A stretch of DNA of 64,000 bases from Nibricoccus sp. (GTDB taxonomy: Bacteria; Verrucomicrobiota; Verrucomicrobiia; Opitutales; Opitutaceae): assembly GCA_047602425.1 (NCBI GenBank), contig JASGHG010000001.1, forward strand, positions 960,001 to 1,024,000, given 5' to 3'. Each line of letters starts with the position of its first letter. Within the stretch, counting starts at the first letter, position 1. The notes beneath the pieces were generated by a model, which was not told the origin of the DNA, did not search any database, and saw only the letters and a list, made by a program, of their open reading frames with translations. Of the stretch, positions 1-8,856 are shown one piece after another. The position numbers were made by a program, and so were the translations under genes.

Positions 1-489
1 GCCGCCGGTAAGCACCTCGGCCGAGCCGGTTTCGAGATCGACTTTTGTCTTGATGAGTTTCCTTAAAGGAACTGGTTCGGCCCAGTACTCCGCATCGATT
101 TCGAAGAAAACGGCGTTACCCTCCACCTGGCCTTTGACCGCCAGCGTATTCGGATTAATCCGCGGCTCAAAAGTGCGGATTGCCTGCGTGAGCCGCCGTT
201 CCAATTCATGGATTTCGAACGCACTCTGGCCGACCGCCTGCCGCACACCAAAGTTGATCACCGACTTCTCGGCGTGCGGAAAATCGAAGAGCGGGTTGCG
301 TTTGCCCTCGACCTCGGGGATCTGTGCATTGCAGTTCAACAACCATTCCAAATCTCTAATCAGCGCCGCTTCGTACGCCTGCGGTGTCACCATGCGGGCG
401 CGCCCGCTTTCCTCGTTGTTTCCGGGCTGGTTGTCAGCCAGGCGGTCAATCAGGCATGGCTGGAATCGGGTTACGCTTTGGGCAGACAT
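1..489 (-). CDS. tssE: T6SS baseplate subunit TssE (3' end runs off window)
   Basis: Not in ORF track; own translation from ATG 489: MSAQSVTRFQPCLIDRLTD..IRDLEWLLN..SVINFG..IRTFEPRI..KVDLETG, gp25-like TssE motifs; follows tagJ. Confidence 0.88.
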   Translation of the reverse strand, partial: MSAQSVTRFQPCLIDRLADNQPGNNEESGRARMVTPQAYEAALIRDLEWLLNCNAQIPEVEGKRNPLFDFPHAEKSVINFGVRQAVGQSAFEIHELERRLTQAIRTFEPRINPNTLAVKGQVEGNAVFFEIDAEYWAEPVPLRKLIKTKVDLETGSAEVLTGG

Positions 490-493
490 CGTT

Positions 494-1288
494 TTAACTC
501 CTGGCGTCGAACTCAATGGTTCGGACCGTTGTCAGGGGATAATCGCCTTCATCCGTCGACAGCACACGAACGCCGGTCCCAATGTGGCCACCATGGCCGA
601 TTTCTTCCCACGCCACCGTGCGCGCGAGCACAAGTTGCGAATCGGATGACTGTTCGGTGCCGGGATAGCGCGCCGGAATATGTCCGACAACCATGCCGCC
701 ATTGGCCCACGTCACCCTGGCTTGAATCCAAATCAGATCCTGCAAATCGCGCGGCGGCTCAATGTCGATGCGAGCAATGCATTCAAACGGCAACCAGTAG
801 TAGTTGCCCTGCAAATACAGCTCGATCAGTGGCCCAAAACGGGCATCGGCGTCAGCGAGCCACTCGAAACGTCTGCCATCGATTCGACCCGCGCACGCCG
901 GGGCATCCTTCAAGGCTTTGCCGTAGGCCCGGCCGACTTCGGATTTCCGCCGGACGTTCGCGGTCCAGCGTTTTTCCAGCAAGGTTTCGAGCCATTTGGG
1001 TTTCGGGCCAAAAATCTCGGGCTCGCGTTGTCCGGTAAAGACCGCAACACGCACCTGCTCCAGCTCGACCAAACTGCGCAACAACATCGCCAACGGGGCA
1101 TATTTCGGTTCGAGCGAAACCGCCGTTTGTACCTGAACAATGGCTCGGTCCCAGCGTCCCGACGTTGCAAGCAGTTGAAAAAGCCCAAGCCGCAAACTTG
1201 CGTTACCGGGTTGTTGTTTGATGTCGCTTTGCAACCGGTTCAAAGCCTCCTGTGGCTTTGACTGATGCAGCAGTTCCTGTGCGGTCAT
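494..1288 (-). CDS. tagJ: T6SS accessory protein TagJ (ImpE/SciE family)
   Basis: LFQLL..G.WDRA..Q, FEWLADADARFGP, YYWLPF, DLIW, IPARYPG motifs; sits between hcp and tssE; start set at MTAQELL. Confidence 0.9.
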   Translation of the reverse strand: MTAQELLHQSKPQEALNRLQSDIKQQPGNASLRLGLFQLLATSGRWDRAIVQVQTAVSLEPKYAPLAMLLRSLVELEQVRVAVFTGQREPEIFGPKPKWLETLLEKRWTANVRRKSEVGRAYGKALKDAPACAGRIDGRRFEWLADADARFGPLIELYLQGNYYWLPFECIARIDIEPPRDLQDLIWIQARVTWANGGMVVGHIPARYPGTEQSSDSQLVLARTVAWEEIGHGGHIGTGVRVLSTDEGDYPLTTVRTIEFDARS

Positions 1289-1354
1289 TTGACAATAAAG
1301 TGCTGTGCCGCCACCCGCCGATGCAGGGAGCGGCACACGTTCAGAGGGCGCCGA

Positions 1355-1837
1355 TTAGACGACTTTGTTTTCAGACACGCTGTAACCCATTGAGTAGTGC
1401 GAGCCCTTGCCGCCCTTGTCGCTCTGGGTGTCGTAATCGACCTTCATTTGCGCGAAGTTCAAAGCAACGGTCTCCTGGAGACGGTCGGACGCTTGCGCAC
1501 CGCTGGTCTGCACGCCCGTGACCAAAACCTTCGTCAAGGTGATAACCATGTATTCGAGAGGTTTGTCGCCGGCCTTGCGTACGAAGAGCTTCGCTTCGTC
1601 GAGATGTTTGCCGGTCATGCAGCACTTCAGCAATTCCGTGGACGAAGCATCCACGAACTTGACGATGTTCAAATCGGAAATGGAGGCCTTGCCGGATCCA
1701 CCGCCGGGTCCCATGTGGAACGAACCGGAGTTCGATGCGTTCCAAGACCATGAGATCACATCGATGTCATCTTTGTGATTGCTGTCTGTCGACTCTCCCT
1801 TGATGCCGGAGAGCTTGAGGTACATGTCTGTTGCCAT
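1355..1837 (-). CDS. hcp: Hcp, T6SS tube protein
   Basis: MYLKLSGIKGES.D..HKDDIDVISWSW, K.VD.SS..L, ETVALNFA; 160 aa. Confidence 0.96.
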   Translation of the reverse strand: MATDMYLKLSGIKGESTDSNHKDDIDVISWSWNASNSGSFHMGPGGGSGKASISDLNIVKFVDASSTELLKCCMTGKHLDEAKLFVRKAGDKPLEYMVITLTKVLVTGVQTSGAQASDRLQETVALNFAQMKVDYDTQSDKGGKGSHYSMGYSVSENKVV

Positions 1838-1932
1838 ATTAGTTACTTTATGTGTTTAGTTCTGGTGCCGGTAGATTGAAGAGGCCATGCGCTACGGCAC
1901 CTCCTGCCATAGCCTCTGAGAATTCTGAGAAA

Positions 1933-3426
1933 TCAGCCTGCTGCCGGAGCGGGCAGCTTGGACACCAGGCGCAAGGAAGCGGTCAAGCCTTCCAGTTGAT
2001 AGTGCGGACGAAGGAAGAATTTCGCCGAGTAAAAACCCGGATTGCCTTCGACCTCGGTGACCTCCACATGCGCCTCAGCGAGCGGACGCTCGGATTTTTC
2101 TTTGTCGGTGGCGGATGGTGTAGCCGTCGTGTAATTTTTGATCCAGTCATTCAGGAACGACTCCATTTCGTTGCGCTCCTTGAATGAGCCGATCTTGTCT
2201 CTCACCATGCACTTGAGGAAATGCGCAAAGCGGCAGGTCGCGAAGAGGTAGGGCAACCGTGCGCCGAGCTTTGCGTTGGCGGTGGCATCCGGGTTGTCAT
2301 ATTCATCGGGCTGATGCAACGACTGCGCACCGATGAACACCGCGTAATCGGTGTTTTTCCAATGTGAGAGCGGCATGAAACCGTTTTTGGCCAGCTCGGC
2401 CTCACGACGATCGGTGATGGCGATTTCGGTGGGGCATTTCATATCCACGCCACCATCGTCGGTCGGGAACGTGTGCACGGGCAGGCTCGCCACTACGCCG
2501 CCACTTTCGACACCGCGAATACGCGAGCACCAACCATATTCCTTGAAGGAACGCGTGATGTTGACACCCATCGCGTAGGCCGCGTTGGACCAGGAATATT
2601 TACCGTGTTCTCCGGCGGTGCCGGTGTCTTCCACGAAGGAAAATTCCTCAACCGCGTTTGTTTTCGGCCCATACGGCATGCGAGCGAGGAATCTCGGCAT
2701 CGCGAGTCCGACATATTTCGCATCCTCCTGTTTGCGGAGCGAACGCCACGCAGCGTGCTCGGGGGTTGTGAAGACCTTGGTCAGATCGCGCGGATTTGCG
2801 AGTTCCTGCCAGGAGTTGAAACCCATGACGTCTGGCGCCGCGCCAGTAATGAACGGGCTGTGCGCGGCCGCTGCGATTTGCGCCATCCGCGAAAGGATTT
2901 CCACGTCGGGAGCGCTGTGGTCGAAATAATAATCGCCGATCAATGCGCCATAGGGCTCGCCGCCGGGAGTACCAAATTCCTCTTCGTAAATCTTCTTGAA
3001 CAACGGACTCTGGTCCCAGGCAACACCCTTGAAGGAACGAAAGACCTTGCCCAGTTCCTTCTTGGAAATGTTTAGGACCCGGACCTTCAACTTCTCGTCG
3101 GTGGCGGTGTTGCTCACCAAGTATTGGAGGCCGCGCCAGGTCCCCTCAAGGCGGCGGAACTCGTCGTTGTGCAGAATCACATTGATTTGCTCGGAAAGAC
3201 GACGGTCGATCTCCGCCTTGATGGCGTCGATCGTATCGAGCACGCTGTCGGAAACGATGTTCTCGTTGGTGACCGCGAGATCGACCAGGGTCTGGACTTC
3301 GCGTTGCACGACGTCCTGGTTGTTGCGGAAGGTCTGGCCAAGAAGACGGTCAAGATCCGAACCGTCGGCGATTGTGGTCGTGGCTGTCTGGCCGTTGGTA
3401 GCGGCGCTGAGATTGGGCGTGGACAT
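1933..3426 (-). CDS. tssC: T6SS sheath large subunit TssC/VipB
   Basis: LEGTWRGL, KIYEEEFGTPGGEP, CPTEIAITDRREAEL, RFAHFLK, LRPHYQLE. Confidence 0.97.
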   Translation of the reverse strand: MSTPNLSAATNGQTATTTIADGSDLDRLLGQTFRNNQDVVQREVQTLVDLAVTNENIVSDSVLDTIDAIKAEIDRRLSEQINVILHNDEFRRLEGTWRGLQYLVSNTATDEKLKVRVLNISKKELGKVFRSFKGVAWDQSPLFKKIYEEEFGTPGGEPYGALIGDYYFDHSAPDVEILSRMAQIAAAAHSPFITGAAPDVMGFNSWQELANPRDLTKVFTTPEHAAWRSLRKQEDAKYVGLAMPRFLARMPYGPKTNAVEEFSFVEDTGTAGEHGKYSWSNAAYAMGVNITRSFKEYGWCSRIRGVESGGVVASLPVHTFPTDDGGVDMKCPTEIAITDRREAELAKNGFMPLSHWKNTDYAVFIGAQSLHQPDEYDNPDATANAKLGARLPYLFATCRFAHFLKCMVRDKIGSFKERNEMESFLNDWIKNYTTATPSATDKEKSERPLAEAHVEVTEVEGNPGFYSAKFFLRPHYQLEGLTASLRLVSKLPAPAAG

Positions 3427-3456
3427 AGTTTTGCGAGGCTCCTTTTTTGGTTCTCG

Positions 3457-3948
3457 TTATTTGTTGTTTTTGGCCTTGCTCTTGAGGGCCGTGCGATCGT
3501 TCAGGAGCTTGTCCAGCGCCTCCTCGACCTTTGTTTTTCCATCGATGCGAGCTTTAAGGGCTTCGAGCTCCTTGCGTTGTTCGAGCAATTTGCGGAGCGG
3601 TTCGACTTTTTCCGCGATGCGACCCGGCGAAAAATCGTCCATGCTGTCGAACGACATTTCGACCGAAAGCTGCCCCTCGCCCGTCAAGGTGTTCGGCACG
3701 GTGATGGCGATTCGCGGTTTCGCGGCCTTCATGCGTTTGTCGAAATTGTCGACGTCAATCTCCAGGAACTTGCGGCTGGCAACTTCCGGCAGTGCTTCCG
3801 CGGGATTTCCGGAAAGATCGGCCATCACGCCCATAACAAAGGGCAGATCAACCTTCTTTTGAGCGCCGCCCAACTCCACATCATATTCGATTTGGACGCG
3901 GGGCGCGCGGTTTTGTTTGATGAACTTCTGTCCACTCTGGTTAGCCAT
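3457..3948 (-). CDS. tssB: T6SS sheath small subunit TssB/VipA
   Basis: RAPRVQIEYDVE, LPFVMGVMADLSG, IDVDNFD, DDFSP. Confidence 0.97.
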   Translation of the reverse strand: MANQSGQKFIKQNRAPRVQIEYDVELGGAQKKVDLPFVMGVMADLSGNPAEALPEVASRKFLEIDVDNFDKRMKAAKPRIAITVPNTLTGEGQLSVEMSFDSMDDFSPGRIAEKVEPLRKLLEQRKELEALKARIDGKTKVEEALDKLLNDRTALKSKAKNNK

Positions 3949-3983
3949 ATATACCTTTCAGATTAGGGGTTATTAGAGAAATA

Positions 3984-5015
3984 TTACCGGTTGTTGGTGG
4001 TTTCCTTGCCGACTCCCGCGAGACTTTGGAACGCCGGGAGCGCATCGGGCGCCAGTTCGTCCAACAGACCGAGAAAATCCCGGTCAACCAGACGCGCCGC
4101 CCGGTCGACAAAATAGGGCACCGGACTCGCCGGCTCGGTTTTCCGAAAAAACTCCGCCACTTCGTGGAGCACACGCACCGCATCGGCCCGGGTATGGATT
4201 CCGTCTTGCATGGAAATTTTCACCTCCGCTTTCGCCGCAACTTTTTCGTTCTTTTTCTGAACCACCGCTTCGCCCACAAATTCCGCCAAGCCCCGCAATT
4301 CCTGCATCAAAGTCTGCAAGGGTCGAAGCCCTCCGTTCGACGGCGCCAGCGACTCGGGAGTTTGCTCGATCAAAAGCCGTTCGATTTCCCCCGTTTCAGC
4401 GATGGCCGCTGTCAACGCCGCACTCGCCTCGCCCCGCTCGCCCGCTGGAACACTTCGCCATTCCGCCCTCATGCGCTCCAGCAGCGTGACGTCCGCGCCA
4501 CCCGCTTTGTTCCGAGCCGCAAGAACCTCGCGAAAGCAGAACGTCCAGGCATTGGTTTTCACCAGCGGCACGTTCCTCAATCCTTCGACAATGCGGAGGA
4601 AATCGCCATCGCGCTTATAAGGGGCGGAAAGCCCAACCACGGTGTACCACCGCTCAACCATTGTGTCGGTGGCATCTAGTTGTGGATAAGCGCAATACTC
4701 TTTTGCGCCAAGCAGTTCCTTGATCGCATACAACCCTTGCGCGAAACCGGCAAAACCATGCACACGCAGCATCGCCGCGGCATAAAATACAGCCACGCGA
4801 AGATCACGGCTGACTTCCAACAACTCCACGCAACGCTTCTCCACATGCGTCCAATCGGGCTCGTGTTCGCTGAAGTCATTCGTGACGCGCTTCCCCTCGG
4901 AATTGATTGCAGGAACTGGTTTTGCCAACGATTCAAGCTCCAGCAGTTCACCGGATATCGATAAATCTGCGCCCTCATTTCCCAGTCCCAACGCAGCTTT
5001 TACCATACTATCCAT
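3984..5015 (-). CDS. tssA: T6SS TssA (ImpA N-terminal domain)
   Basis: EPDW..V...C..LL..SRDLRVA; C-terminal I.TRADA...L..V.EFFRKTEPASPVPY. Confidence 0.92.
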   Translation of the reverse strand: MDSMVKAALGLGNEGADLSISGELLELESLAKPVPAINSEGKRVTNDFSEHEPDWTHVEKRCVELLEVSRDLRVAVFYAAAMLRVHGFAGFAQGLYAIKELLGAKEYCAYPQLDATDTMVERWYTVVGLSAPYKRDGDFLRIVEGLRNVPLVKTNAWTFCFREVLAARNKAGGADVTLLERMRAEWRSVPAGERGEASAALTAAIAETGEIERLLIEQTPESLAPSNGGLRPLQTLMQELRGLAEFVGEAVVQKKNEKVAAKAEVKISMQDGIHTRADAVRVLHEVAEFFRKTEPASPVPYFVDRAARLVDRDFLGLLDELAPDALPAFQSLAGVGKETTNNR

Positions 5016-6515
5016 AATAATAAATAATCCTCTTTATTAAATATTACAAAGCTTCCACGTGAGCCTCTTAAAGGCGGCGTCTGAGGCGAAAACCTCCGTG
5101 CAGTGCATCCGTCCAGAGAGAATTCGGAGCTTTTTGTGAATGTGATTCCTATTTATCATATTGGTTTTATGTTAGTTAAACATATTCAACTAAATCGCCG
5201 TTCCGCGGATTGATGCCGGGCGAATGAACCGCATTTACGGAACGGCAAATAATTTGAAGCAAACTATTTTGTGCGCCAAAAACGCAATTCAGGGAAAACA
5301 CTACATTTGATATAGTGTAATACAGATTTTTTTATATGGGTGTTACGCTGGATATATAGAAACTGGCAGGGGTATTTTCTGGCATCTAATATTGATCGAA
5401 TCGCTTGAAAAGTGCATAGCACAGCCCTACACATGCCATGATTTTGCATTAGTCTCGCTCCTCTTAATAACTACCAACTAGAACCAAGCTCCAAATCTTA
5501 CCGCAGTGTGGTCAGAACCTCGAAAAATTTGGCGCTATGGACTAGTGCTAGGTTTATGCCCCCAGGCAATCCAGTCAAAAACGCGTCCGATTTGTTAGTA
5601 TATTGTCAAAACGCTTTAAGTTCTTGACTGATCAATTTTGAATTGCAGGCGATTTGCATCACAACGCAATGGAGATAATTCATTATAAATAACCACTCTA
5701 TTGATCTAACGCCATATAATCGTTTCGTCATGAATATGAATGAGAAAAGCCGCCATTCTTCCTAGTTTAGGAAAAACTGGCACCGCTCTAAAAAACCCCA
5801 CAGTAGCGCCCTCTATTTATTGTAATTCAAATTGTTACGATAATCATTCAGCCCGTTTTAATTTTGTGCACATCAAATATGGGAGGCCGGAAAATTTACA
5901 ACCAATAAGCAGATGCAATTTTCCGTTAAATCAAAACTACGAAGATCTCGGAAATTTATAACCGGAAATCGATTCCACTTTTTTATGCCATAACCATTGG
6001 TTTTTAATTTTTTGCACACAACCAATGGTTTTGCACTTCGGTTTGCGGCAAAGGCGTCAAATTCAGCTCCGATTGTGATCGACCGCGAGCAGTCCAACCA
6101 AGAATCTCCGCCATTTTCTGGGTCAACAACCACATGGCATGCGCGAAAAAGACGGTACGGAATGGAATTAATTAGTTCAAATTATGCTTCGAAGAAGAAG
6201 CCGCGTTTCCCATACACTTCCATGCGTTTACTACAAATTGGTATTCGAGTATGATAAAGATTTATACAATTTCCATGTGCCCAATGGATTTTTTCGCACA
6301 ACAAAATGTCGGGTTTATCAAATCTTTGGCGCGCCGCATTCGGCTAGCAGGCGACGCTCGGCCTTTCAGCAGTCATTTCAGAGCGACGAGGTCTTACGGT
6401 CGAACGCCATATCGACAGTAAGAATCCCTAGACAGGCTGAGGACGGCTGCTCATTTTCGTCTGAAAGGGCTCAGTGGAGTCAATCGCAGGACGGAACGTG
6501 ACGATAATCGTACCT

Positions 6516-6725
6516 ATGAACATCTCCTCATCTGCCAATTTAAGCCAACTTAGCAGCGTCGAGCCGCAGGGAGCCTCCGCGCGTCAGGACTATGGAGTAG
6601 CCATCGCCGCGAAGATCAAGGATCAGATCCAACAGGAAGGTGCAGCCATTTTGAAGCTTACGGAGTCCGCCGTCACACCGGTTACCGACGAAACAAAGGG
6701 TAAGAATTTTTCCGCCTACGCCTGA
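6516..6725 (+). CDS. small YjfB-like (putative motility) protein
   Basis: 69 aa; VAIAAKIKDQIQQEGAAILKL and C-terminal KGKNFSAYA resemble YjfB-family ends. Confidence 0.55.
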   Translation: MNISSSANLSQLSSVEPQGASARQDYGVAIAAKIKDQIQQEGAAILKLTESAVTPVTDETKGKNFSAYA

Positions 6726-6775
6726 ACGCCACCGCGGCTCACAGAGCGGTTTTTCCTTTTGATCCGCCTTTAAGT

Positions 6776-6863
6776 TGGTGCCCGGAGTCGGGGTCGAACC
6801 GACACGCCTTTAGGGGGCGCGGGATTTTGAGTCCCGTGCGTCTGCCAATTCCGCCATCCGGGC
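6776..6863 (-). tRNA. tRNA-Leu(CAA)
   Basis: Minus strand GCCCGGATGGCGGAATTGGCAGACGCACGGGACTCAAAATCCCG..GGTTCGACCCCGACTCCGGGCACCA: long variable arm, CAA anticodon, encoded CCA. Confidence 0.97.
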
Positions 6864-7335
6864 TAACGAATGAAGGAGCCGCAGACCTTAAAAACGTCCG
6901 CGCCGTTGTAAACGGAAAATTGCAGGATGTTTTCAGACTCCGCAATTGGACCGCAATTCATCCTGTACGGGCGCTCGTTCGAGACTCGGTTCGGCTCGGA
7001 TAAGTTGAAGGAGTTTGTCTTGAAGGCGAAGGAGGCGCTCTGCTTTTCAACTACTTTGATAAAGCGCCACGACGAATGCGGGCCATGTCAGCGCGGTGGG
7101 TTGAAAAAGCCCAACGCGATTCGTCCCGATTTTTCTTCGAAATTTTCTCGGTGATTTTGAACGCCCACAAGCCTTGGGCGTCTTACTCTGCGTTAGTTAC
7201 CCGTTCTTTTTAGTGTTTTCATCGTTTGTAGTTAAAAGTCGGCAAGGGCGCGGCGCCAAAAGCTCCGCGCCCTTACTGTTTTTGGACGCTTGCACCGCGG
7301 GATGGTTTGCCTCTTCACTCTTTGGCTTTCACGCC

Positions 7336-8094
7336 ATGCCTGACTTCCGCGCCTTTTGCTCCCTGAACGAACGTGAGCCCGCCCAAATTCGCCTCTCCGG
7401 CGACGAATCGCATCACCTCGTGGCCGTCAACCGCGCCCGGAAAGGCGACACCGTCGTGGCCTTTGACGGCAAAGGTGGCGAATGGATTTGCGAACTCGTC
7501 GACGAGTCGAAAAACGCCGCCGTCTTGAAGGTACGTTTCAATCAGAAGATCAAGCCACTTGCCTTCGAAATCACCCTTGGCCAAGCGCTCCCCAAAGGTC
7601 CGTGCATGGACGCCATCGTGCGCAAGGCCACCGAAATCGGCGCCGCACGCATCGTCCCGTTGGAAAGCGAGCGGACTCAGGTGCACCTCGACGACGATCG
7701 TCAGGACAAAAAGATTGAAAAGTGGCAGACGGCAGCGCTGGAGGTCGCCAAACAATGCGGCAACGCCTGGCTGCCCGAAATCGCCCCGGTGCAAAACGCG
7801 GCAGCTTTCATCGAGGGCAGTCGCGGCTATGATTTGAAGTTGATCGCGAGTCTCCAGCCCGGGGCGAAATCGCTCAAAGCAGTTCTGGCCGGATACAAAA
7901 CGGCCAACAATCGCGCACCCAAAAAAGTGCTCTGGCTGATCGGACCTGAAGGCGATTTTACGCCGGCGGAAATGAGCGCGGCCAAGAGCGCCGGCTTCGA
8001 GCCGATCACACTCGGGCCGCTCGTCCTGCGTTGCGAAACGGCCGCCGTTTACGCCCTCAGTGTGTTGAGCTACGAGCTTGGCAACCCGAGTTGA
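7336..8094 (+). CDS. rsmE: 16S rRNA m3U1498 methyltransferase
   Basis: ESHHL..V.R, KATEIG, AKQCG, IGPEGDF, LGPLVLRCETA; start set at MPDFR. Confidence 0.95.
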   Translation: MPDFRAFCSLNEREPAQIRLSGDESHHLVAVNRARKGDTVVAFDGKGGEWICELVDESKNAAVLKVRFNQKIKPLAFEITLGQALPKGPCMDAIVRKATEIGAARIVPLESERTQVHLDDDRQDKKIEKWQTAALEVAKQCGNAWLPEIAPVQNAAAFIEGSRGYDLKLIASLQPGAKSLKAVLAGYKTANNRAPKKVLWLIGPEGDFTPAEMSAAKSAGFEPITLGPLVLRCETAAVYALSVLSYELGNPS

Positions 8095-8402
8095 GCAAAG
8101 TGACATTCTAGAAGCAATCTTCAGCTTCTGCTACGGCTTCTCTGCGCGAGCAAGCCAGCCTTCGTAAAGCCGTTCGCTTAAGCGACCGATTTCACCTGCA
8201 ACGAAATATTGTCGTGCAACCGGTCGAGGACAGAGTCCTGTAGATGTACCAAAGGTTAGTATTGCCTTACGAAAGGTCAGCACTAACATGCCGCACGCTC
8301 TACCCTGTGGTCACGATATCGGCACAAGATTGCCGTAATTAGTACCGGCGATTTAACTGATAAAACCCCGCGGGAAAATCATCAACCTTCACGAATTAAC
8401 AA

Positions 8403-8738
8403 ATGTATCTTGCCATTGCCTTCTCCCTAGCGCTTATCGCTTTATTAATCGTTGCAAACTGGAAGGTCTACACCAAAGCCGGCCAGCCCGGTTGGGGCTC
8501 TTTGATCCCTATCTACAACATCTATCTTCTTCTTAAAATGGCTGGAAAGCCAGGGTGGTGGCTGCTTCTCTTCCTCATTCCTCCGGTTGGGTTCATTATA
8601 ACAATTATAGTCTTGCACTCGATTGCTAAGTGTTTTGGCAAAGATATAGTATTCACTCTTTTGCTCCTCTTCATCCCCATTATAGCAATTCCTATTCTCG
8701 GGTTTGGCGATGCAGAGTACGCAAGCCCTCTAGAATGA
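8403..8738 (+). CDS. DUF5684-like small membrane protein
   Basis: WKVYTKAGQPGWGSLIPIYN..GKPGWW..FGK..LGFG.AEY. Confidence 0.8.
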   Translation: MYLAIAFSLALIALLIVANWKVYTKAGQPGWGSLIPIYNIYLLLKMAGKPGWWLLLFLIPPVGFIITIIVLHSIAKCFGKDIVFTLLLLFIPIIAIPILGFGDAEYASPLE

Positions 8739-8856
8739 TTCGTGAAGCCAGCTACTACCAGCTGGCTTGAGTTCAAAACTCACGACCACGCAAGATTCGC
8801 GGTGTGATTTCCAGCCGCGAATCTTTATAGTGATTGATTAGTAGTTTGGCGGTTCC

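Noticed and set aside
5255..5285. Sigma-54 promoter for the T6SS
   Set aside because: TGGCGC and TTGC on the minus strand do not have GG-N10-GC spacing.
5264..6501. Short ORFs in the AT-rich gap
   Set aside because: Mutually overlapping, atypical composition, no motifs.
8227..8287. Riboswitch or ribozyme upstream of the DUF5684-like gene
   Set aside because: Two hairpins are visible but I recognise no conserved core of a known family.
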